Source of the DNA: a virus
Taxonomy: Duplodnaviria; Heunggongvirae; Uroviricota; Caudoviricetes
Length of the DNA stretch: 15,604 nucleotides
Strand: one strand, 5' to 3'
IMG/VR virus record: IMGVR_UViG_2657245483_000005
Below the pieces are notes generated by a model. The model saw only the letters and a program-made list of their open reading frames with translations. It did no database searches and had not been told where the DNA came from. This document shows positions 1-8,889 of this stretch, in pieces. Within the stretch, counting starts at the first letter, position 1. The number at the start of each line of letters is the position of its first letter. A program made the translations under genes and the position numbers.

Positions 1-191
1 ATGAAATTAAGATTTATTTCGTCTGCGCTGGCTGCCGCACTATTCGCCGCTACGGGTAGTTATGCTGCCGTTGTAGATGGCGGTACAATTCACTTTGAAG
101 GCGAACTGGTGAATGCTGCCTGTTCAGTGAATACTGACTCGGCAGACCAGGTTGTCACACTCGGTCAATATCGTACCGATATTTTCAATGC
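1..191 (+). pseudogene. Fimbrial major subunit (type 1 / FimA-like), 5' fragment truncated by an IS1 end
   Basis: ORF starts at base 1 with signal peptide [22 protein letters not shown], then [15 protein letters not shown], a pattern typical of chaperone-usher fimbrial major subunits. The frame runs into the IS1 terminal repeat at 192 and stops at 211-213, so only about 60 native codons remain. Confidence 0.7.
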
Positions 192-245
192 GGTAATGAC
201 TCCAACTTATTGATAGTGTTTTATGTTCAGATAATGCCCGATGAC
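192..245 (-). mobile_element. insB: IS1 terminal fragment (right inverted repeat plus insB 3' end), cut off by the scaffold gap
   Basis: ggtaatgactccaacttattgatagtgttttatgttcagataatgcccgatgac matches the IS1 right end as I remember it. The minus-strand translation ends [12 protein letters not shown]-stop, the InsB C-terminus. Confidence 0.85.
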
Positions 246-255
246 NNNNNNNNNN
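246..255. other. Assembly gap (run of 10 N)
   Basis: Ten consecutive n characters directly after the IS1 fragment, consistent with a scaffold join at a collapsed repeat. Confidence 0.95.
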
Positions 256-600
256 GGGACCGTGCTGCGCTTTGCCGATGGTTCGCAGGTAGAACTTACC
301 CCTGGCGTGCACAGCTTCGATAAGCGCGTTACCGAGCACTGGGCTTTTGGTGCGCATGCGCAGGCCATCAGTGAAGAAGATCTGAAGCAGAGCCAGGGAG
401 GCGAAGACCTCTCGCTTAAGATCTCGGCGCTGGAATCCACCATCGCCGGCCTGCAGCAGCAGGTGACGGATAAGGATGTCACTATCGCAGAGCAGTCAGA
501 CACCATCGCCGGCCTGCAGCAGCAGCTGGATGATCTGACTGAGAAGCTTGCATCACAGGAGGCTGGCAATGCCAAAAAACAGCCTTCTGCCAACAAGTGA
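256..600 (+). CDS. Phage structural protein, C-terminal fragment (5' end lost in gap), coiled-coil-like tail with repeated TIAGLQQQ
   Basis: Open frame from the gap to TGA at 598-600, immediately upstream of and overlapping the next phage gene. A 25-bp perfect direct repeat (438-462 and 501-525) encodes the repeated peptide. Confidence 0.6.
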   Translation, partial: GTVLRFADGSQVELTPGVHSFDKRVTEHWAFGAHAQAISEEDLKQSQGGEDLSLKISALESTIAGLQQQVTDKDVTIAEQSDTIAGLQQQLDDLTEKLASQEAGNAKKQPSANK

Positions 601-976
601 TCAATTCCGCACCGACTTTCCTGAGTTTGCCAACACCACCCGCTATCCAGACGCCGCGGTAAATTTTTACCTCTGCCAGGCTGACGCCATCCTCAATCAG
701 GATGTGCACGGCGACCAGTTCGTTTACCTGGCGGAGCTGTTCACTGCGCATTACGTTGAGCTGCGTGGTCGCGCGCTGGCGGGCGCCTCTGGCGGCTTTG
801 TCAGTAGCGGTGGCAGCGGCGTAGCGTCGTCGAAGTCTGTCGATAAGGTCAGCGTCAGCTATGACAACTCGGGCACCATCAACCCTGACGCCGGATTCTG
901 GAATAAAACCGGATACGGCCAGGAGTTCTTCTGGTGGTGGTTGATGTTCGGTGCTGGCGGGCGGCAACTGTTATGA
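569..976 (+). CDS. Phage head-tail joining protein (DUF4054-like, tentative)
   Basis: ATG at 569 is preceded by AGGAGG at 556-561. The track's TTG start at 548 is less likely. Position upstream of the sheath and a size of about 135 aa fit; the family name is from memory only. Confidence 0.6.
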   Translation: MPKNSLLPTSDQFRTDFPEFANTTRYPDAAVNFYLCQADAILNQDVHGDQFVYLAELFTAHYVELRGRALAGASGGFVSSGGSGVASSKSVDKVSVSYDNSGTINPDAGFWNKTGYGQEFFWWWLMFGAGGRQLL

Positions 977-1479
977 GCGGCGTGAAGGTCAGGGCAGACA
1001 ATGCCGCATCCGTGCTGGCCGGGCTGGACAGAGTGTCCCGCATGGATGTGCTGGTGGGCATCCCTGAATCCAACGCTGTGCGTGAGGATGGGGAAGATCT
1101 CAACAACGCTGAGATCGCCTATCTGCAATCCACCGGGGCGACGGTCCGGCTCGGTGGGCAGGAGGTGACCTTGCCGCCGCGCCCGTTCCTGGACATCGGT
1201 ATTGAGGATTCGGCAAAGGTAACTGCTGAGCACCTCAAGGCGGCCGCAGGTCATGCGCTCGATGGCAATTTCTCTGGTGCTGAGCGCGAGCTTACCAGCG
1301 CAGGTCAGCTGGCATCGGATGCCGCGAAGCGCGTTATTACGGATGGTGATCGGCTGGCACCAATATCCGATTTCACTATCCAGAAACGCAGAGAGCGCGG
1401 GTACGCAGGCATTAAGCCGCTGTATGACCATGGCTATCTGCTTCGCTCGATCACCTTCGTTGTGAGAGGTAAAAAATAA
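973..1479 (+). CDS. Hypothetical phage virion morphogenesis protein
   Basis: ATGA start/stop overlap with the upstream gene at 973-976 (translational coupling); 168 codons in the late operon. Confidence 0.7.
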   Translation: MSGVKVRADNAASVLAGLDRVSRMDVLVGIPESNAVREDGEDLNNAEIAYLQSTGATVRLGGQEVTLPPRPFLDIGIEDSAKVTAEHLKAAAGHALDGNFSGAERELTSAGQLASDAAKRVITDGDRLAPISDFTIQKRRERGYAGIKPLYDHGYLLRSITFVVRGKK

Positions 1480-1865
1480 TGCCTTTTCTCGATGTCACCG
1501 ATGTGTTGTCGGATCCTGATTTTTGCGATTACACGCTGGTCTGCATCCGCAACCACCAGGCGAAGGATGCTGACGGCTTCGTGACCAATACGCCGGAGGA
1601 TATTCCGTTTAACGGCGTGGTCACCGTCGACCGCTCGCTGGAAGCCCGGCGCATGGCGGCAGGGCAGGTTATTGGCGGCGCAATCCTGGTGGTTACCACC
1701 TTCCGCTTAACGCAGGGCCTGCCCGGTCAGGATGCTGACGTGGTGCTCTACAACGGGCGGCATTACCGCGTAACGTTTGTGGATCCGTACACCTCATATG
1801 GTGCCGGGTTCGTTCAGGCCCACTGTGAGCTGGTGGAGTTTAACGGAGGTACGCCAGTTGAATGA
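1479..1865 (+). CDS. Hypothetical phage protein (head-tail joining / tail completion region)
   Basis: TAATG overlap with the upstream stop at 1477-1481 and GAGAGG upstream; 128 codons. Confidence 0.7.
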   Translation: MPFLDVTDVLSDPDFCDYTLVCIRNHQAKDADGFVTNTPEDIPFNGVVTVDRSLEARRMAAGQVIGGAILVVTTFRLTQGLPGQDADVVLYNGRHYRVTFVDPYTSYGAGFVQAHCELVEFNGGTPVE

Positions 1866-2400
1866 CACCACACATCCCGGATACCTGACGCCTACCAGCC
1901 AGCCGCCGCAGTACGACCAGGCGCTTGAGCGCGAGCTCAGCCGGTGGATTCGCGGTGTTTCTGGCCTGCCGGATGGCATGGCCATACCACGCTTTACTGA
2001 CCCTCAGCCAGCGATCCCGGTGCTGGGCACCAACTGGTGCGGGTTTGGTATCACAGACTTCCAGGACACAGCCAACCCGGCATCGGTCACCAGGGACGAC
2101 GACACCGACTACCAGTGGCAATTCGAATCGCTGGTGGTGCTCTGCTGTTTCTACGGCCCTGCAGGCCAGGCTTACGCCAAAACGTTTCGTAACGGTCTGT
2201 TCGTGTCCCAGAACAACGCTGAGCTAAATCGCGTCGGCCTCACGCTCGGCGAGGTGGGCCGAATCATCCCGGCGCCCGAGCTCGTTAACAACCAGTGGCA
2301 GCGTCGCTACGACCTGTCTGTGACGCTACGCCGCAAAACGGTACGCGAGTACGGCATCAAATCCATCCTCTCTGCTCCAGTACAATTTTTCGGAGATTAA
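1858..2400 (+). CDS. Hypothetical phage protein (start codon uncertain)
   Basis: Frame is open from 1777, but ATG 1777 lies 89 bp inside the preceding gene. TTG at 1858 follows GGAGG at 1845-1849 with 8-nt spacing and overlaps the upstream stop; the stop is at 2398-2400. Confidence 0.55.
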   Translation: MNDTTHPGYLTPTSQPPQYDQALERELSRWIRGVSGLPDGMAIPRFTDPQPAIPVLGTNWCGFGITDFQDTANPASVTRDDDTDYQWQFESLVVLCCFYGPAGQAYAKTFRNGLFVSQNNAELNRVGLTLGEVGRIIPAPELVNNQWQRRYDLSVTLRRKTVREYGIKSILSAPVQFFGD

Positions 2401-2403
2401 ATC

Positions 2404-3894
2404 ATGCCTAACGGCTTATCTGTATCACGCGTCGTTCGCGTGCAGGTCGCGCTCGCCGTTCGCGCGGCGGCCGGGCGTAACTTCGGCGCGCTGCTGGTTC
2501 TCGGCACCGCCGACGTAATCACTGCCCCGGAAGTGATGCGCCTTTACCAGGATATCGAAAGTGTCGCCACCGACTTTGGCACTACCGCTGAAGAGTACAA
2601 GGCGGCAAACCTTTACTTCCAGCAGTCGCCGCAGCCCCGCGATCTTTATATCGGAAAACTGGAACGCGCCTCCAGCCCGGCAACGGCCGGCAAGCTCACT
2701 GGTGCTGTACTGACCTCTGCAGAGCAGGCAATCGCAAACTTCACCGCGGTTGACGATGGCGCGATTAAGATCTCGGTGGACGGCACTGTTAAAACCGTAA
2801 CGGGTATCGACCTGTCAGCGGTGACCGATCTGGCCGGAGTAGCGACGGCCATCACTGCGAAACTTACCGGCACCGCCGTTTCCTACGTGGCCGGCTCGAA
2901 TCAGTTTGTGGTGACGTCTTCCACTACCGGGGCCACCTCAGCAATTGGTATTCCTGTTGCTGCCGGCACTGGCACTGACCTGGCGCCGCTGCTGGGCATT
3001 GACTCAGCGCATAACCCAACCGTGTCAAACGGCCAGGATGCTTCATCTTCAGTGCTGCCGTCGGTGAACACAGCGCTGAACTACTCAGCCGACTGGTACG
3101 GCCTGGTTATCGCCGATACTGCAATGACGGACCAGGACCATATCGATGTTTCTGCCCTGATCGGCTCTGCGAGCGATTCCCGGGTGTACGGTGTGACGAC
3201 TGCGGCGGCCGAGGTCCTGGACTCAACCAGCACCACGGATATTGCCTACAGGCTGAAAGCCGCCGGTTATGGCCGCACGTTCTGCCAGTACAGCCAGGTG
3301 CCTTATGCCGCAGCCTCTGCCTTTGGTCGCGCGTTCACAGTAAATTTCCTGGGTAACAACACCACCATTACCCTGAAATTCAAGCAGGAACCGGGCATTA
3401 CTGCCGAGACGATCACCGCGCAGCAGGCCGATACGCTCAAGGCAAAAAACTGCAACGTATTTGTGCGCTACGCCAACGATACCGCCATCATCCAGGAAGG
3501 CGTGATGTCCAACGGCGATTTCTTCGACGAGCGCCACGGCCTCGACTGGCTGCAGAATTACGTCCAGAACAACCTCTGGAACCTGCTTTACACCTCAACC
3601 ACCAAAATCCCGCAGACCGAAGCGGGCGTGACGCGCCTGGTGACCAATGTCGAACAGTCGATGGACCAGTCTGTAAACAACGGTCTGGTGGCACCGGGAA
3701 TCTGGAACGGCGGTGACGTCGGACAGCTGACATCAGGCGATATGCTGACCAAAGGCTATTACGTTTACGCGAACCCGCTCAACGCCCAGGCGCAGGCAGA
3801 TCGTGAAGCGCGTAAGGCGCCGGTGATTCAGGTAGCAACCAAACTGGCGGGGGCTATCCACTTCGCTGATGTATTAATCGACGTGGTGCGCTAA
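2404..3894 (+). CDS. Tail sheath protein (DUF3383-like)
   Basis: 496-aa ORF directly upstream of the tube, frameshifted chaperone and tape measure; size and position are typical of a myovirus sheath. GGAG precedes the ATG. Confidence 0.8.
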   Translation: MPNGLSVSRVVRVQVALAVRAAAGRNFGALLVLGTADVITAPEVMRLYQDIESVATDFGTTAEEYKAANLYFQQSPQPRDLYIGKLERASSPATAGKLTGAVLTSAEQAIANFTAVDDGAIKISVDGTVKTVTGIDLSAVTDLAGVATAITAKLTGTAVSYVAGSNQFVVTSSTTGATSAIGIPVAAGTGTDLAPLLGIDSAHNPTVSNGQDASSSVLPSVNTALNYSADWYGLVIADTAMTDQDHIDVSALIGSASDSRVYGVTTAAAEVLDSTSTTDIAYRLKAAGYGRTFCQYSQVPYAAASAFGRAFTVNFLGNNTTITLKFKQEPGITAETITAQQADTLKAKNCNVFVRYANDTAIIQEGVMSNGDFFDERHGLDWLQNYVQNNLWNLLYTSTTKIPQTEAGVTRLVTNVEQSMDQSVNNGLVAPGIWNGGDVGQLTSGDMLTKGYYVYANPLNAQAQADREARKAPVIQVATKLAGAIHFADVLIDVVR

Positions 3895-3905
3895 GGGGGC
3901 ACTGA

Positions 3906-4346
3906 ATGAGCACTTATTCTTTTCTGGATATCACGGGGTCAATGACTGGCCCCACCGGGGTGATTGACCTCGGCGCCGGTTCTGCCAACTCCGAAGAGGG
4001 CATTACCATCGCCATGGTCGAAAACAAAAACACCATGACGATCGGCGCTGACGGCGAGGGCATGCACTCCCTGCACGCCGGCAAGGCTGGAACGGTAACC
4101 GTTAACCTTCTGAAAACCTCGCCGGTGAACAAAAAGCTGTCTCTGGCCTACAACGCGCAAAGCCAGTCCTCAGCGCTGTGGGGTAATAACGTCTTTGTGT
4201 TCCGCAACACTGCATCTGGCGACATCATGACCGCGCGCGGCGGCGCCTTCCAGAAGCACCCCGACTGGCAGAACGCCAAAGAGGGCGGGACGGTGGCCTG
4301 GGTGTTCGACTGCATCAAAATTGACCCGTTCCTGGGGGAGTATTAA
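3906..4346 (+). CDS. Tail tube protein (DUF3277-like)
   Basis: 146-aa ORF between the sheath and the tail assembly chaperone; AAGGGGG RBS upstream. Confidence 0.75.
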   Translation: MSTYSFLDITGSMTGPTGVIDLGAGSANSEEGITIAMVENKNTMTIGADGEGMHSLHAGKAGTVTVNLLKTSPVNKKLSLAYNAQSQSSALWGNNVFVFRNTASGDIMTARGGAFQKHPDWQNAKEGGTVAWVFDCIKIDPFLGEY

Positions 4347-4349
4347 TTC

Positions 4350-4775
4350 ATGGAAATTACTATCAAGTATCAGCAGTACCGTATCGCTAAGTTAAGCGTT
4401 TTCGAACAGCTGAAGGTATCCCGCAAGCTGCTGCCGGTTCTGGCGGGTCTGGTTTCTGACTTCCGTAACATCCAGACGAAGCTGAATGCCAAAGACACCG
4501 AAGGCGCGATGGAAAGTATTCTTCCGAAGATCGCTGGCGCCGTTTCCGGCCTCAGTGATGATGATGTGAATGCGATCCTTTTTCCCTGCCTGCAGGTGGT
4601 GGCGCGCAAACACTTGAGCGCCTGGGTGCCGGTGTGCCAGCAGGGCACCATGGCCTTTGACGATATCGACCTGTTCGTGATGCTGCAGCTTGTGGCGCGG
4701 GTGGTCGCCGATTCGCTGGGAAATTTTTTGCAAGGACTTCCTACCAGCGAGACGAACACCCAGCCTGCGGAATAA
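4350..4775 (+). CDS. Tail assembly chaperone, short product (lambda G / P2 E analogue)
   Basis: 141-aa ORF immediately upstream of the tape measure; it contains a slippery heptamer near its 3' end and a -1 frame that is open to the tape measure start. Confidence 0.75.
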   Translation: MEITIKYQQYRIAKLSVFEQLKVSRKLLPVLAGLVSDFRNIQTKLNAKDTEGAMESILPKIAGAVSGLSDDDVNAILFPCLQVVARKHLSAWVPVCQQGTMAFDDIDLFVMLQLVARVVADSLGNFLQGLPTSETNTQPAE

Positions 4776-4963
4776 CCTTTAACACCCTGCCGGGCGGTGA
4801 GGATTACATCCTTCGCCCGGCGCTCGCCTTCAACCTCGATCAGAAAGACCTCGACAGCGGTGCAGTGGACCTGTGCCGCATCGCGCTGCTTAACGATTAC
4901 CTCGATATGCGTGACGATAACGACGCGCGCGTAGCCAAATGGAGAGCCCAGAACAATGGCTGA
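4350..4963 (+). CDS. Tail assembly chaperone, -1 frameshift-extended product (GT / E+E' analogue, about 204 aa)
   Basis: The -1 frame entered at A_AAT_TTT (4721-4727) has no stop until TGA 4961-4963; I translated it codon by codon. The extension fills the otherwise ORF-free 180 bp before the tape measure ATG at 4956. Confidence 0.65.
4721..4727 (+). promoter_or_regulatory. Programmed -1 ribosomal frameshift slippery site (A_AAU_UUU)
   Basis: The heptamer fits X_XXY_YYZ in the zero frame (gga AAT TTT ttg). It is followed by more Ts and sits 16 codons before the zero-frame stop. Confidence 0.6.
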
Positions 4964-6935
4964 TACTATCCGTGATTACCTGGTCTCTCTGGGGTTCGAT
5001 ATCGACGGCGCGGGCCAGGCGAAGTTTGAAGCCACGCTCAAAGGTGTGGCCGCGAACGTCGTAAAACTGGGGGCCATAGTTGAGTCGACGGGGCTGGCCA
5101 TTGTGGGCTTCACCGCCTCGATCGCCAGCGGCCTTGATAAACTCTACTGGGCCGCGGAACGCACCGGGGCATCGGTCAACGGCATCAAGGCGCTTGGCTA
5201 TGCTGCCTCACAAACCGGCTCCAGCGCCGAGGCTGCCCAGAACTCACTGGAGAGCCTGGCGCGCTTCATGCGCAGCAATCCCGGCGCCGAAGGCTTCCTG
5301 AACCGCCTGGGGGTGCAGACCCGGGACGCTTCCGGACAGATGCGCGACATGTCGGCTATCTTCACCGGCGTCGGCCAGCGCCTCAGCAGCATGCCCTATT
5401 ATCGAGCCAATCAGTTCGCGCAGATGCTGGGCATTGACGAAAACACGCTGATGGCAATGCGGCGAGGAATGTCCGGCTTCACGGCTGAATACCAGTCGAT
5501 GATGCAGAAGACAGGCTTCGATGCTGACAGGGCCGCGCAGCAGTCCAACAAGTTCATGACCTCAATGCGCAACTTCGTTTCGCTACTGGGGATCTTGCGC
5601 GATAAGGTTGGCTCGAATCTGGCCGGCGGCCTGAGCGGCACGCTGAACAATCTCAGCAAGCAGATGCTGGAGAACTGGCCGAAGATAGAGGGCGTGGTCA
5701 CGAAGATAGTGAAGGGGGTGCTCTTTGCTGCTGATGTCATTACCCAGATGGCGTGGCGCGTCTCGCAGGCGGTAGGCGGCCTGATTGAGTGGTTTAAAAA
5801 GCTGCCGCCGGATATACAGCAGCTAATCATGCTGGTGTCCGGGCTGGTTTCGGCGTGGCAGCTGCTTAACGCTGAGTTCCTCAAATCGCCGATAGGTATC
5901 GTAATCGCGCTAGGCTCGGCGCTGTTCGCGCTTTACGACGACTACAAAACCTGGAAAGAAGGCGGTCAAAGCCTGCTGCCCTGGGATAAATGGGAGCCAG
6001 AAATAGAGGCTGCCCTGAAATCGCTTGGCGAGCTGCGGGATTCTGTGAAGGCGATAGGGGTTGAAATCGCAAAGCTGCTCAATATCAACCTCAAAAACTG
6101 GACCCTTAAAGGCGACATCGACAACCTCACTAAGCAGTTCGGTGAGTTTGGCAAGATGATTAAGATGATTGGCGACCTGATAAACGCCATCAACGAGGGG
6201 CGTTGGAAAGATGCTTATGCGATCGGCAAGAACCTGCTGGCACAAGGGCAAGGCCAGGATGCTCTACCTGCAGTATCTGACAGCGCTAACAATACTGCTG
6301 ACTGGATAGAGGGCAAGACGGGGTTCGACCCGCGAAGCATCGGGAAAACAATAAACGGGTGGATTTTCGGCAAAGAAGAGGGCGGCTCAGACCAGCAGGA
6401 GAGCGGCCCGGGCAAGACGCTGGCCGACCGTAACAACAATCCTGGCAACCTGCGCCCCGTCGGCGGCACCGGTTTTACCTCTCATCAGACGCCGCTTGAT
6501 GGTTGGATGGCAATGGCCAGGCAGATCCGTCTTTATTTCACCGGAAAAAGCGCGGCCGCCGGGTATGAAAAACTCCAGTCAATATGGGACATCATCCACA
6601 AATACGCACCTGCCAGCGACAACAACGACCCCGAGGCCTATTCGAACTTCGTAGCCAATATGATGGGCGTGGGCGCTAAGGACACGCTGAACCTGAGCGA
6701 CCCGCAGCAGTTCAGCAACCTTCTGCAGGCCATGTCCAGGAAGGAAGGTTACGGTCAGTGGAATTCCCCATTGGCCAGCGTTGCCGCTACGCAGGCAGCC
6801 GCGCAGATCAGCCAGGAAACGAACATCAATATTTACGGCGCGAGCGACCCGGCATCCACTGGCCGGGAGGTTGCCGATCGTCAATCCGGCGTTAATTCCC
6901 GTCTTACTCAGCAGCTACAACCGAGGGTCTACTGA
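4956..6935 (+). CDS. Tail tape measure protein
   Basis: 659-aa ORF immediately after the frameshifted chaperone, with a GGAGAG RBS. Ala/Gly/Gln-rich with a helical-looking composition, and the longest gene in the module. Confidence 0.85.
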   Translation: MADTIRDYLVSLGFDIDGAGQAKFEATLKGVAANVVKLGAIVESTGLAIVGFTASIASGLDKLYWAAERTGASVNGIKALGYAASQTGSSAEAAQNSLESLARFMRSNPGAEGFLNRLGVQTRDASGQMRDMSAIFTGVGQRLSSMPYYRANQFAQMLGIDENTLMAMRRGMSGFTAEYQSMMQKTGFDADRAAQQSNKFMTSMRNFVSLLGILRDKVGSNLAGGLSGTLNNLSKQMLENWPKIEGVVTKIVKGVLFAADVITQMAWRVSQAVGGLIEWFKKLPPDIQQLIMLVSGLVSAWQLLNAEFLKSPIGIVIALGSALFALYDDYKTWKEGGQSLLPWDKWEPEIEAALKSLGELRDSVKAIGVEIAKLLNINLKNWTLKGDIDNLTKQFGEFGKMIKMIGDLINAINEGRWKDAYAIGKNLLAQGQGQDALPAVSDSANNTADWIEGKTGFDPRSIGKTINGWIFGKEEGGSDQQESGPGKTLADRNNNPGNLRPVGGTGFTSHQTPLDGWMAMARQIRLYFTGKSAAAGYEKLQSIWDIIHKYAPASDNNDPEAYSNFVANMMGVGAKDTLNLSDPQQFSNLLQAMSRKEGYGQWNSPLASVAATQAAAQISQETNINIYGASDPASTGREVADRQSGVNSRLTQQLQPRVY

Positions 6936-7510
6936 TGGATATTTTATCGGTCATCTTCCGGCTGCAGTCTCGGAAAATAGGTATTTTTGTACCTGACGTG
7001 GTGGTGTCGGAGAAGCATGTTGATGCCCTGGAAATCACTGAACATCCGGTGGAGTTTGGCGCCGCCATAAACGACCACGCCTATAAGCGCGCCAGCGAGG
7101 TCACTATGGAGTGCGGGTTTGCCGGCGGCGGGTCGGTACTCGACCTGGTAAATCTGTCCAGCATAGGCTTGCGGGTTGGCGAGAGCCCAAGGGAGATTTA
7201 TCAGCAGTTGCTGGATCTGCAGAAATCCCGGGTGCCGTTTGATGTTGTTACCGGCAAGCGCACCTACAGCAATATGCTGATACGCGCTATCGAGGCCACG
7301 ACGGACCGAACCAGCGAAAATGTGCTGTCATGCGTTCTGACGCTGCGGGAAGTGATCATGTCGGATACGCAGAGCATCACTGTTACGGATAAGGCCAACA
7401 TGCAGGAGGGAGTCAGCACCGCGCCAGTACAGAATACAGGGATGAAATCTCTGGTGCCGACCAGCAGCTCATCTGTAATTCAAAAGATAGCCGATTTTGC
7501 GAGGGGATAA
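6935..7510 (+). CDS. Hypothetical baseplate / tail-tip associated protein
   Basis: TGATG overlap with the tape measure stop; 191 aa, located between tape measure and baseplate hub. Confidence 0.65.
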   Translation: MDILSVIFRLQSRKIGIFVPDVVVSEKHVDALEITEHPVEFGAAINDHAYKRASEVTMECGFAGGGSVLDLVNLSSIGLRVGESPREIYQQLLDLQKSRVPFDVVTGKRTYSNMLIRAIEATTDRTSENVLSCVLTLREVIMSDTQSITVTDKANMQEGVSTAPVQNTGMKSLVPTSSSSVIQKIADFARG

Positions 7511-7815
7511 TGAGCGTTAATGAGATTCCGATGATCCCTGATAACCAGGAGTTTCGCATCACCCTGGGCGACATAAGCTACACGCTCCGCGTGCTATGGC
7601 GCGACGATGCTGGCTGGATAATGGACGTTATGGATAGCGGCGCGCAGCCTCTGTTAATGGGCGTCCCCCTGGTGCCGGGGGTTAACCTTTTGGCTCAGTA
7701 TCCGGATCTGGGGATATCTGGCGCACTGGTGGTCATGACAGACAACGGAGCCCCTGAATACCCGACGAAAACAAACCTTGGTGCCTCGAGCCATCTTTAT
7801 TTTGTTCAGGAATAG
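7510..7815 (+). CDS. Hypothetical small baseplate-region protein
   Basis: TAATG overlap with the upstream gene; 101 aa. Confidence 0.6.
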   Translation: MSVNEIPMIPDNQEFRITLGDISYTLRVLWRDDAGWIMDVMDSGAQPLLMGVPLVPGVNLLAQYPDLGISGALVVMTDNGAPEYPTKTNLGASSHLYFVQE

Positions 7816-7818
7816 CCC

Positions 7819-8889
7819 ATGACTATTAACTGGAATCGCCATTTTGAACTGCGGCTTCTGAACGACAAGGGGAATGGCATATCCCTGTCGGACTTTAAAG
7901 TTACCTTCGCAATCGACTGGTTTAACTCGATGTGGCCACGTGTGGCGACGCTTAAAATTTACAACCTCAAGCGTGACACAATCACCCGGATTACGGGGGA
8001 TGAGTTTTCTCGCATTACCATCATAGCCGGTTATAACGGCCTGGCGCCGACGGTTACTGAAAGCGAGGTTGGGCAGGTTACCGAGATTTCATCTGAGCAA
8101 ACCGGCCAGACGCGCGGGCAAAATTACGGAGTCATTTTTGATGGGGAGATTCGTTTTACGATAACCGGGCGCGATAATCCTACCGATATTTTTACGCTAA
8201 TTCAGTCGGTAGATGGTCATAAGGCGTTCAACGAAGCCGTATCGTCCGGCAGCCTGGCGGCAGGATATAAGCTTGCCGACGTGCATACACTTCTGATGAA
8301 GGACTTTTCGCCTTACGGCATCACCCAGGGCATCACCGGGCAGTTCCCTGACAGGGTGATGCCACGCGGTCGCGTCTTCTTCGGCGCAACGCGCGACTAC
8401 ATGAGCAACCTAGCGGCGCAGTGCGAGGCTAACTGGCAATTTGTCGACGGCCAGCTGCAAATGGTGCCTGAGAATAAATATCTCCATGAAGCGATCGTGC
8501 TTAACACCAAAACTGGCCTGGTCGGTATGCCTCAGCAAACCATGGGGGCAGGCGTTAATGTGCGCTGTCTCATTAATCCAAACATTCGGGTTAACGGGCT
8601 TATTCAGTTGAACCAGGACTCGGTGTATCGCTCGCAATTACCGAACGATGAGATCCAAAGATCACAGGCAAGGATTACTGAGGCAAATGATAATGGTAAT
8701 CTTAGTACAGGCAGCGCGACGCTTGCGCAGCCCGCCAGTGTGGCAACTGATGGCGTTTACATAGTTCAGTCAATCAGCTACACCGGCGATACGAGAGGGA
8801 ATCCGTGGTATATGGATCTCATGTGTATGGCCAGAGGGGCGCGTGATTTACAATCGAATACGGCCCTACAGCGAACGGCTCCACAATGA
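7819..8889 (+). CDS. Baseplate hub protein (Mu gp44 / P2 gpD-like, tentative)
   Basis: 356-aa ORF located where the hub sits in Mu/P2-like baseplate modules, upstream of the spike, gpW-like, gpJ-like and gpI-like genes. Confidence 0.5.
   Translation: MTINWNRHFELRLLNDKGNGISLSDFKVTFAIDWFNSMWPRVATLKIYNLKRDTITRITGDEFSRITIIAGYNGLAPTVTESEVGQVTEISSEQTGQTRGQNYGVIFDGEIRFTITGRDNPTDIFTLIQSVDGHKAFNEAVSSGSLAAGYKLADVHTLLMKDFSPYGITQGITGQFPDRVMPRGRVFFGATRDYMSNLAAQCEANWQFVDGQLQMVPENKYLHEAIVLNTKTGLVGMPQQTMGAGVNVRCLINPNIRVNGLIQLNQDSVYRSQLPNDEIQRSQARITEANDNGNLSTGSATLAQPASVATDGVYIVQSISYTGDTRGNPWYMDLMCMARGARDLQSNTALQRTAPQ

Noticed and set aside
192-245. Phage attachment site or Mu end at the left boundary
   Set aside because: The sequence matches the IS1 terminal repeat and insB 3' end, not a phage end; the junction is an insertion sequence next to a scaffold gap.
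438-525. Direct repeats as a possible CRISPR array
   Set aside because: Only two copies, in frame within a coding sequence and encoding a repeated peptide; no array structure anywhere in the window.
482-1431. Long minus-strand ORFs (482-967, 859-1431, 879-1106) opposite the head-tail joining genes
   Set aside because: They overlap a tightly coupled plus-strand operon in GC-rich DNA, where antisense open frames arise by chance; their products are Arg/Ala/Pro-rich and low in complexity, and they have no RBS.
1777-1857. ATG at 1777 as the start of the gene ending at 2400
   Set aside because: It would overlap the preceding gene by 89 bp. TTG at 1858 has a GGAGG at ideal spacing and the usual stop/start overlap, though the start remains uncertain.
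5411-6469. Minus-strand ORFs inside the tape measure gene (5411-5884, 5910-6251, 6215-6469) and the plus-strand ORF 5080-5301 in another frame
   Set aside because: They are fully embedded in the 659-aa tape measure frame and have junk-like composition; no independent signals.
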